Origin: an uncultured delta proteobacterium
Lineage (GTDB): Bacteria > Myxococcota_A > UBA9160 > UBA4427
Assembly (NCBI GenBank): GCA_963822965.1
Contig: CAWGJT010000010.1
Coordinates: forward strand, 64,001-128,000
DNA: 64,000 nucleotides
Direction of reading: 5' to 3'
The notes beneath the pieces were generated by a model. That model was not told the DNA's origin, made no database searches, and saw nothing but the letters and a program-made list of their open reading frames with translations. The translations under genes were made by a program, and so were the position numbers. This document shows, in pieces, positions 56,911 to 64,000 of the stretch; within the stretch, counting starts at the first letter, position 1, and the number at the start of each line of letters is the position of its first letter.

Positions 56911-57678
56911 CTACCGCGTCTCCCTGGCGCAGGTCTCTCCGCGCTGCCGGTAGCCGGCGTCGCAGCTCCAGTCGTTTCCCGAGTAGGCGAGGTGGGCCTT
57001 GGCGGGCACCTGGAGGGTCTGACACGCTCCGTTCCGCTTCTGGAAGCCACGTTCGCAGGACCAGTTGCTTCCCGATGCCTCGAGGAAGCCGTTCGCGGGC
57101 ACCTCGACCGCGACGCACGACCGGTCACGCCGGTGGTAGCCGCGGTTGCATTCCCAATCGTTGCCCGAACGTGCGAGGAATGCTTCCCGCGGAAGCTCGA
57201 GGCGCGCGCACGAGTCGCCACTCACGCGGAAGCCGCGTTCGCATTCCCAGCGGTCGCCGGACGAGGTGAGGTAGGCATTCTCGGGCACCGCAATGGTCTT
57301 ACACGACTGGCCGATCTTTCGATAGCCTCGATCGCACGACCATCCGCTTCCACTGGGGCCCAGGAAGGCGTGGGGAGGCACCGCAACCCTGGCGCACGTC
57401 TCATCGGTCTTCCGGTAGCCGCGGTTGCATTCCCAACCGGACCCGAACGAGTCCAGATGAGCGTTCGGTGGGGCCACTACGGCCCGGCAGGACGGGCCGG
57501 CTCTCTTGTAGCCCTGATCGCATTCCCAGTCGTTGCCCCAGCTTCTCGGGTGGGAGTTCTGAGGCACGGCCTCCGAAGACTCGTCCCGAGCCGCTGCAAC
57601 GCCCGGCCAGGAGGCCAGGGTCAACGACAGGATCAGCAACGAAAGGGAGCAGGTCCGGCGTAGCAGGGTGGCGTTCAT
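56911..57678 (-). CDS. Secreted Cys-rich repeat protein (7 x about 31-aa WxCxxGY/F...C repeats)
   Basis: Signal peptide; repeats W(E/S)C(D/N/E)RG(Y/F)x6C...VP.NA.L...G. Confidence 0.82.
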   Translation of the reverse strand: MNATLLRRTCSLSLLILSLTLASWPGVAAARDESSEAVPQNSHPRSWGNDWECDQGYKRAGPSCRAVVAPPNAHLDSFGSGWECNRGYRKTDETCARVAVPPHAFLGPSGSGWSCDRGYRKIGQSCKTIAVPENAYLTSSGDRWECERGFRVSGDSCARLELPREAFLARSGNDWECNRGYHRRDRSCVAVEVPANGFLEASGSNWSCERGFQKRNGACQTLQVPAKAHLAYSGNDWSCDAGYRQRGETCARETR

Positions 57679-57766
57679 GGCTGGGGTTCTCCGTCTCTCT
57701 TGCACTTCGATGCTCGCGCCGCGGTCCGACGACGTCGACGAGCAAGGTTCTCGCGGGCGCGTCGGC

Positions 57767-57916
57767 TCAGGGGCGCGAACGGGCTTCTGCTTCACGCTGT
57801 CCCTCCCGCACCTCGGCCCAGAAGCGTGCGCGGTTCGTCACCGCGCGCTGCTCCACGGGAGCCATCAGGAGCCACCGCCGGTAGCGTGCCAGTTGCTGGC
57901 GCAGATGCTTCCACAT
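57767..57916 (-). CDS. Small hypothetical protein (49 aa)
   Basis: ATG 1 nt after the stop of the upstream ORF; MWKHLRQQLARYRRWLLMAPVEQRAVTNRARFWAEVREGQREAEARSRP. Confidence 0.45.
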   Translation of the reverse strand: MWKHLRQQLARYRRWLLMAPVEQRAVTNRARFWAEVREGQREAEARSRP

Positions 57917-57917
57917 G

Positions 57918-58349
57918 CTAGTTCGCCACGAGTGCGGGCGCGGCCCGCGACGGGGCCGCTTCGTTGTCGAGCCCGCGGCTTCCGCCGAAGGCGTCGTAGT
58001 TGCGGGATTCCTTCTCGAACGCCGCCTCCGCGGAGGGCGCGTAGCTGTACGCGAAGCGCGTATAGCTGCTTTCGGCGCTCGCCACGTGACCGAGCACGGG
58101 CCTGTCCAGCGGCATGAGGCGGCCACGGCAAGTGTCCCAGGCCGCCCTGCCGGGAGGGGCGTATCGGTCGTACCGGCTCGGCATGTCCACCCACTCGTGC
58201 AGCCGTCGTCGCACGTCGGAGTCCGAGCGTCCCACGTAGAACACGATGAACGTGTCGCCGTCCATGTACCCGAGCGCGTAGTTGCCTGGGGACGTCCGGG
58301 TCATGGCCTCGTCGATCGCCTGGTCACTCAGCGGATAGGAGCCGCTCAT
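57918..58349 (-). CDS. Stand-alone GIY-YIG-like domain protein
   Basis: PGNYALG...FYVGRSDSDVRRRLHEW ... AFEKE...Y.....LDN: Gly-x-Tyr, YVG, Arg, Glu and Asn in GIY-YIG order; start uncertain. Confidence 0.62.
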   Translation of the reverse strand: MSGSYPLSDQAIDEAMTRTSPGNYALGYMDGDTFIVFYVGRSDSDVRRRLHEWVDMPSRYDRYAPPGRAAWDTCRGRLMPLDRPVLGHVASAESSYTRFAYSYAPSAEAAFEKESRNYDAFGGSRGLDNEAAPSRAAPALVAN

Positions 58350-58485
58350 GTCGAGCGTTCGCACGACGGGAGACTCCGTCTCGAGCTCCCGGGGTTCGCT
58401 CGTCGCTGTTCTCGCTGTTCGATTCTGCACGCTGCCTCGATTCTCGACGGCTCGCCCTCGGGCGAACCTTTCTGTCGATGTCGCA

Positions 58486-58547
58486 AAGTATATCAAACTT
58501 TTTAAGTATATCAAGCAGTCCGCGTGGTGTGCTTGATATATCAAGCA
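58486..58547. promoter_or_regulatory. Putative XRE operator / divergent promoter
   Basis: AT-rich patch with perfect 18-bp palindrome TGCTTGATATATCAAGCA (58530-58547) and two further AAGTATATCAA half-sites (58486, 58504). Confidence 0.75.
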
Positions 58548-58567
58548 AACTGGTCGATACTCCGGGC

Positions 58568-58966
58568 ATGCGAGATGGCGCCCCCCGAGCCCGACGCAAG
58601 CGGCCGGCCTCCGTCGCGCGGCCCAGCGACCTCGGCGCCGTGCTGGCCGACTTGCGCATGGCCAAGGGCCTCTCGCTTCGGCAGGTGGAAGAGGCGACGG
58701 GCAAGGCCGTTTCGAACGCCTACCTGAGCCAGCTCGAGAACGGGAAGATCAAGAAGCCGTCGCCCAACGTGCTGCACAGCCTGGCGGAGGTCTACGGCGT
58801 TCCCTACGAGGCGTTGATGGAGAGGGCCGGATACCTGCCGCCGGCCCAGGACGGAGACCGGCCCCGGAAGAGGCTGGCGGCGTTCGCGATCGACGATCTG
58901 ACCGCGGAAGAGGAGGAAGAGCTCCTCAAGTACCTGGCGTTCCTTCGCTCACGCGCCTCATCATGA
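58568..58966 (+). CDS. XRE-family helix-turn-helix transcriptional regulator
   Basis: LADLRMAKGLSLRQVEEAT..VSNAYLSQLENGKIKKPSPNVLHSLAEVYGV; C-terminal LTAEEEEELLKYLAFLR helix. Confidence 0.9.
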   Translation: MRDGAPRARRKRPASVARPSDLGAVLADLRMAKGLSLRQVEEATGKAVSNAYLSQLENGKIKKPSPNVLHSLAEVYGVPYEALMERAGYLPPAQDGDRPRKRLAAFAIDDLTAEEEEELLKYLAFLRSRASS

Positions 58967-59251
58967 AGTCGCCGTCGCCAGGGCTCCGCGGGCGGCGGCT
59001 CGCCGCCTTCATGCAATCATCAGGTGGTCCTCAAGTCGGGGAGGGCGGGGCTCTCTAGGCTCGGCTCCATGACCCTGCGCGCCGCCTTCGTGACCGCGTT
59101 GCCGACGCCGACGCTCCCGCCCCGGGCGCCCCCGGAGCCTTCCCCCGGGCGCTTCCGGACTAGCATCCTGCTGGCCGTCTTCCTGGCGGCCGGGCTGCTG
59201 CCGGTCTGCCCCTGCGCACCGGCGGACCCTTCGGGACGCTACGATCGAGCC

Positions 59252-62200
59252 ATGCGCTTCCACTTCGCGGACTTCGAGGTGGACGAGGAGGGCTTCGCCC
59301 TTCGCAGGTCCGGGGAGCCGGTTGCGATCGCGCCGCTGCCGCTCAAGCTCCTCGTCCATCTGCTGCGGCGCTACCCGGCCGCGCCGTCCCGCGACGAGAT
59401 CATGGACGAGCTCTGGCCGGACGCCATCGTGAGCGAGGCGTCCCTCTCCCAGGCGGTGCGCGCGGCACGCATCGCCCTCGGCGAGGGCGCCCGCACCGAC
59501 GGCGTGCTGCGTACGGTGCGGGGCCGGGGCTTCAAGATCGGCGTCCCGGTGCGGACCGACAGTGACTCCGCCGTGTCGGCGGAGCTTCCGGAGCCGCGCG
59601 ATCCGCTGGTGGGCCGGGAGCGCGAGATGGAGCGGGGCCGTGCGGCCCTCGCTCGCGCCCTGGGCGGCCAGCCGAGCTTCTTCGTGCTGATCGGCGACCC
59701 GGGGATCGGGAAGACGCGCCTGGCGGAGGAGCTCGCCGCCGAGGCGAGCACGGCGGGGGCCCTGGTCCTCTTCGGCCGCGCCAGCGAGGGCGGCCACCAG
59801 CCGGCGTTCTGGCCGTGGCTGCAGATCCTGCGCGGCTACGCGTCGGCCACCGATCCGGCGACGCTGGCCGGGCTCCTGGGCCGCGGTGCGGCCGACGTAG
59901 CCACCGTCGCGCCGGACATCGCCGAGCGGCTCTCCCTCGCATCCCGGGCCTCGACGCTCGAGCCGGAGCAGGCGCGCTTCGCGTTCTTCGACGCCATGGA
60001 CCGCTTCCTCGTCCGCGCCTCGCGCCAGCAGCCGTTGGTGCTGGTGCTCGACGACCTGCACTGGGCCGACGAGGGCTCGCTGCTGCTGCTGGAGTTCCTG
60101 TCGCGCGAGCTCGGTGGCGCCCGGTTGCTGCTCGTTGCGACCAGCCGAAGCGCCGAGCTCGCCGAGGCGCCCGAGCTGCAGCGCGCCCTGGCGGCGCTGG
60201 CGCGCGCGGCCCAGGGCTTCGACAGCCTCACCCTCACGGGGCTCGAGCGCGAGGACATGGCCTGGCTCATCGAGGCCTGGGCGGGCGAGCCTCCTTCGCC
60301 GGCGCTGCTCGAGGCGGTCTGCGATCGCAGCGAGGGTAATCCCCTGTTCGCGCGGGAGCTGGTGCGTTGGCTCGCGGCCGGCGGCCCGGCGGGCAGGGAA
60401 GCGATGGAGGAGATCCCGGTCGGCGTGCAGCAGCTGATCCGCCAGCGGCTCCGCGAGCTGCCGGAGGAGGGCCGTCGCGCGCTCGCGACGGCCGCCCTGA
60501 TCGGCCGTGAGTTCCCCGTCCTGCTGCTGTCCCGGGCCTGCGAGCAGGAGCCCGAGGCGCTGTTGGCGGCGATCGAGCCGGCCGAGCGGGCGGGCATCCT
60601 CGACGCGGTGCCGGGCGGCGCGGGACGCCTGCGCTTCGCGCACGCGCTCGTGCAGGAGGTGCTGGAGGCGGATCTCTCGAGCCGCGAGCGGGCCGGGCTC
60701 CACCTCCGGGTGGGAGAGGCGCTGGCGGCGCTGAACGCCGCCCACGCCGAACGGGTGCTGCCGGAGCTGGCGGCGCACTTCGCCGCGGCGCTGCCCCTGG
60801 GCGACCCGAAGCGGCCCTTCGATTACGCGCTGCGCGCCGCGGAGATGGATCTTCGCCTGCTGGCGTTCGAGCAGGCCGTCCGCAACGCCCGGCTCGCCCT
60901 GCGCATCGCCGACGAGACCGGCGCGCTGCCGCCGGCGGCGCGCAACCGGGTGCTGCTGCTGCTCGCCGACGCGCAGTTCCACGCGGGACGACGGGAGGAT
61001 GCCGCGCGAACGTGGTGGGCCCTGGTCGACTCGGCACGTCGCAGCCGCGACGCGGCGGCGCTGGCGGACGCGGCCATGTCCCTCGCCCTCGCGAACGTCT
61101 TCACGGCCCACTCCCACCAGGAGACCGTCGGACTGCTGCGCGAGGCCCTCGACGGTCTCGGCGGTGGGGACAGCCCGCGCCGCGCTCGGCTGCTCTCCTG
61201 GCTGGCCCGTCAGGTGACCTGGACCGACGAGAGCGACCGCCAGGACGAGCTCACGTGCGAGGCCGTGGAGATGGCCAGGCGCCTCGGCCGCGACGCGAGC
61301 CAGGACCCCGACCCGCGCGGCGACGAGACGCTCCTCGACGTGCTCGGTGCCCGCGGCTCGGTGCTCGAGCACGGAGGCGCCGACGAAGACCGGCAGGCGA
61401 CCTACGACGAGCTGCTGACCCGTGCCCGGCAGAGCGGATCCCGCGTCTTCGAGGCCGACGCGCTCACCCTGCGCCTCCAGCACCGCATCGAGCTGGTCGA
61501 CGCCGGCGGCATCGACCGCGATCTCGCGCTGCTGGAACGCCTGGGCGAGGATCTCCGGCACCCGTTCTATCGGGCCTTCGCGGCGCGCGCCAAGGCCATG
61601 CGTGCGCTCTGGCGCGGCGATCCGGACGCCGAGTCCCTCGTGCAGCAGGCCACCGCCGCCGGCCAGGAGGTGGATCGCGAGCATGCGGCCGTGGTGCTGG
61701 CCGCCCAGCTCACCGCGCTCCGCCGACTGCAGGGGCGGGTCGGCGAGCTGGAGGCCGGCGCGCGGGAGGCGGCAGACCGCTACCCCATGATGGCGTCCTT
61801 CCGGTGCGGGCTCGCGGCGATCCAGCTCGAGGCGGGAGACCCGGTGGCCGCGCGCGAGACCTTCGAGCGGCTGGCCGAGGGGGACTTCGCGGAGATTCGA
61901 CCGGACCGGCCGAACTACGCCCTGAACCTCGCCCTGCTGGCCGAGGTCTGCGTGCAGCTCGGGGACGCGGATCGCGCCCGCCCGCTCCGCGCGAAGCTCG
62001 CGCCCCTCGCCGGCCGCTACCTGACCGCTCCCAACGCCGTCACCGCCGGGTGCGCCTCCCGGCCCCTGGGCGCGTTGGCGGCCCTGCTGGGCGAGAGCGA
62101 GGAGGCCGAGCGCTTCTTCGCCGAGGCGCTCGAGGTCGAGCGGCGCATGGGCGCCCGGACCTGGACCGTGGCCACGTTATGCGAGCGGGGACGCGCCCGG

Positions 62201-62350
62201 GCGAAGACCCGGCCCGGAGACGCCCGGGAAGACCTGGACGAGGCGGTCCGGCTGGCTTCGGCCGGAAGCCTCGCCGGACCGCTGGCGGCCGCGGAGGCCC
62301 TCCGCGGCGCGCTGCCCGCGCCCCGGCGTCGGCGCAAGAAATCCAGCTGA
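59252..62350 (+). CDS. Second winged-helix - AAA/STAND ATPase - TPR-like regulator
   Basis: MRFHFADFEVDEEGFALRRSGEP...LWPD...RTVRGRGF; LVGRERE; GDPGIGKT; LVLDDLHWAD; GNPLF; FAHALV. Confidence 0.9.
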   Translation: MRFHFADFEVDEEGFALRRSGEPVAIAPLPLKLLVHLLRRYPAAPSRDEIMDELWPDAIVSEASLSQAVRAARIALGEGARTDGVLRTVRGRGFKIGVPVRTDSDSAVSAELPEPRDPLVGREREMERGRAALARALGGQPSFFVLIGDPGIGKTRLAEELAAEASTAGALVLFGRASEGGHQPAFWPWLQILRGYASATDPATLAGLLGRGAADVATVAPDIAERLSLASRASTLEPEQARFAFFDAMDRFLVRASRQQPLVLVLDDLHWADEGSLLLLEFLSRELGGARLLLVATSRSAELAEAPELQRALAALARAAQGFDSLTLTGLEREDMAWLIEAWAGEPPSPALLEAVCDRSEGNPLFARELVRWLAAGGPAGREAMEEIPVGVQQLIRQRLRELPEEGRRALATAALIGREFPVLLLSRACEQEPEALLAAIEPAERAGILDAVPGGAGRLRFAHALVQEVLEADLSSRERAGLHLRVGEALAALNAAHAERVLPELAAHFAAALPLGDPKRPFDYALRAAEMDLRLLAFEQAVRNARLALRIADETGALPPAARNRVLLLLADAQFHAGRREDAARTWWALVDSARRSRDAAALADAAMSLALANVFTAHSHQETVGLLREALDGLGGGDSPRRARLLSWLARQVTWTDESDRQDELTCEAVEMARRLGRDASQDPDPRGDETLLDVLGARGSVLEHGGADEDRQATYDELLTRARQSGSRVFEADALTLRLQHRIELVDAGGIDRDLALLERLGEDLRHPFYRAFAARAKAMRALWRGDPDAESLVQQATAAGQEVDREHAAVVLAAQLTALRRLQGRVGELEAGAREAADRYPMMASFRCGLAAIQLEAGDPVAARETFERLAEGDFAEIRPDRPNYALNLALLAEVCVQLGDADRARPLRAKLAPLAGRYLTAPNAVTAGCASRPLGALAALLGESEEAERFFAEALEVERRMGARTWTVATLCERGRARAKTRPGDAREDLDEAVRLASAGSLAGPLAAAEALRGALPAPRRRRKKSS

Positions 62351-62404
62351 GCGTCCTCGGCGCCGTGTAAGATGTCCTTCAGGATGGCGAAGAGGAACCC
62401 TCTC

Positions 62405-63067
62405 ATGCGTAGCCGACACGTGCTCGCGTTCGTCTGCCTCTCGTCGATCCTGCTCTTCGTCCCGGGCGTCGCGCTCTCGGCGACCACGCCCTGTCCCCAG
62501 GGTGATCTCGGGGCACTCCCGGTGACCATCGGCGGGGTCAAGATCCGCCCCTGGAGCAGCGCGAACATCTCCAGCACGACACCGGCCACCCAGGAGAGCT
62601 GCGTGTTCCTCGAGGCCGTCGGTCCGACTTCGTCGCCCCTCTACGTGGACCACAACCTGGAAGTGGCGGGCGCCGTCGGCCCGTGGAACCTGGTGTCGCA
62701 CTCGTCGATCAACATCTCGGGCGGCGTGTCCGTCACCTGCTCGACGACGGGCAACGTCGCGCGCACGGCCCCGACGTCGGGCAGCCTGCCCATGGGCTCG
62801 GTCACCGACATCTGCTGCTTCGTCTGGGAGGCCGAGCCGCCCGGCACCTGCGCGGAGCTCCCCGCGGACGGAGACCTGGTACACCACACGCTGAGCTCGG
62901 GCGGCGAGGCGGACATGCCCCTCTTCTCCTACGTGCCCGTCGGCGGGACCACCTGCGGGCTGGTGGGCATCGAGCCGCTGCTCCTGGTGCTCGTGCTGCG
63001 GCGCTTCCATTGCCGGTCTCGAGGGGGCCGGTCGCGAAGGAGTCGGTCGCGAGGGGGGCGGTCGTGA
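62405..63067 (+). CDS. Secreted Cys-containing protein with C-terminal CGLVGIE-TM-RR tail
   Basis: Signal peptide; tail GGTTCGLVGIEPLLLVLVLRR. Confidence 0.7.
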   Translation: MRSRHVLAFVCLSSILLFVPGVALSATTPCPQGDLGALPVTIGGVKIRPWSSANISSTTPATQESCVFLEAVGPTSSPLYVDHNLEVAGAVGPWNLVSHSSINISGGVSVTCSTTGNVARTAPTSGSLPMGSVTDICCFVWEAEPPGTCAELPADGDLVHHTLSSGGEADMPLFSYVPVGGTTCGLVGIEPLLLVLVLRRFHCRSRGGRSRRSRSRGGRS

Positions 63068-63828
63068 GGGCGCCGGCATTCCTCCTGGCGGGGCTGCTCG
63101 CGACGAGCCTCGCGTCCACGGCCCGGGCGGACGTGAGCGCGATCCTCGGGGTCGATGCCACGACGAGCGTTCGGACCACCCTGCTCTCGATGGGGGAGGA
63201 CACCCAGCCTGCCACCCCCGTCGGCAGCGTCGTCCTGCACCTCGGCCTCACCCAGGACCCCGTCTATGGCCTGGTGGCCCAGAGCGTCGAGATCCTGCCC
63301 GCGAGCCTGGCCATCGGCGATCTCGGCTGGGGCGTGTCGGGAAGCTTCGAAGACCTGGAGGTGACGCTGACCGACGGTGCGGTGGATCTCGCGAGCTCGC
63401 GGCTGGCCGCGGTGCCCGTCGGCGATCACACCGCGGAGCTTGCCGCGAGCGATTTCACCGTCGGGCTCCAGGCCGGCCTCCTCACCGCCACGGGGACCGT
63501 GCTCGACCAGCCCATCGCCGTGCTGCGCGAGCTCGCCACCGAGACCTGGCCCATCGACCTGAGCCAGCCCGCCACGATCGTCACCACGCCCCTGCCGGGC
63601 GGCGCCGTGGCGGTCGAGCTGCGGATCCCGGTGCAGGAGGGCGTTCCGCTCGCGCCTCCGTTCCTGGTCTCGTGGCTGACCGTGGACGGAACCCTGGTGC
63701 TCTCGGGAACGACCACGGTCCCCGTCCCCGCCTCGCCCCATCCGCTCTGGATCGGCGTCGCGCTCGTGCTCGCCACCCTCGCCGCCGATCGCGCGATGCG
63801 GCGGGGCGGCGGGCGCGAGCACGCCTAG
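63064..63828 (+). CDS. Secreted protein with VP-TM-basic (PEP/IPTL-CTERM-like) tail
   Basis: GTG overlaps the upstream TGA; signal peptide ending ARA; tail TVPVPASPHPLWIGVALVLATLAADRAMRR. Confidence 0.7.
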   Translation: MRAPAFLLAGLLATSLASTARADVSAILGVDATTSVRTTLLSMGEDTQPATPVGSVVLHLGLTQDPVYGLVAQSVEILPASLAIGDLGWGVSGSFEDLEVTLTDGAVDLASSRLAAVPVGDHTAELAASDFTVGLQAGLLTATGTVLDQPIAVLRELATETWPIDLSQPATIVTTPLPGGAVAVELRIPVQEGVPLAPPFLVSWLTVDGTLVLSGTTTVPVPASPHPLWIGVALVLATLAADRAMRRGGGREHA

Positions 63829-63937
63829 CAGGCCGACCCAGGATGGGTCGGCTTGCGCCGCAAAGGGCACCCAACGGGCTCTCTCGGCTAGCAGGGTTGC
63901 GCCGCAAAGGGAGCCCAACGGGCTCTCTCGGCTAGCG
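63825..63937. repeat. REP-like hairpin plus 2 direct copies of an about 44-bp unit related to the 52955 hairpin
   Basis: GCAGGCCGACCC-AGGAT-GGGTCGGCTTGC; TTGCGCCGCAAAGGG(CA/AG)CCCAACGGGCTCTCTCGGCTAGC twice. Confidence 0.75.
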
Positions 63938-64000
63938 AGCTCGCGGTCGCAGACAGAACAGCAGGGAACATCCCGCCAGCAGGCCGGCGAGCTGGCCCGG

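Overview
High-GC bacterial chromosomal window. PEP-CTERM/IPTL-like/Cys-Gly C-terminal sorting tails, bactofilin and wHTH-STAND regulators suggest a Myxococcota/deltaproteobacterium-like host (inference). The centrepiece (7568-44609) is a ~30.5 kb coding tract that reads as ONE ~10,100-aa surface protein: N-terminal LEPR-XLL leader, BNR/Asp-box propeller, RTX Ca-binding repeats, FG-GAP propellers, LRR, Golvesin-like, SdrD-B, PKD and dockerin modules. It is followed co-directionally by DUF3467, a GAF-HlyD adaptor, a PqqD/RRE-like + M50 peptidase + HlyD-like fusion and a truncated SecA-like ATPase, with no ABC transporter or TolC in the window. This looks like a dedicated, experimentally uncharacterised export system for giant adhesins. 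The 5' part of the giant gene (10.4-13.8 kb, 18.3-19.2 kb) and prfC carry many single-base frame slips, most likely assembly errors. The rest holds prfC, two wHTH-AAA-TPR regulators each next to C-terminally sorted secreted proteins, fabH-fabF, a WS/DGAT, a beta-propeller lipoprotein, an output-less HAMP sensor, bactofilin, an EF-hand protein, a beta-barrel 'transporter', a PEP-CTERM protein, a PLP trans-sulfuration enzyme, a Cys-rich repeat protein, and a divergent GIY-YIG-like/XRE pair with a palindromic operator. It also has tandem repeats and a REP-like hairpin family. No rRNA, tRNA, CRISPR array or transposase was recognised. All family calls are by eye from motifs, not from database searches.
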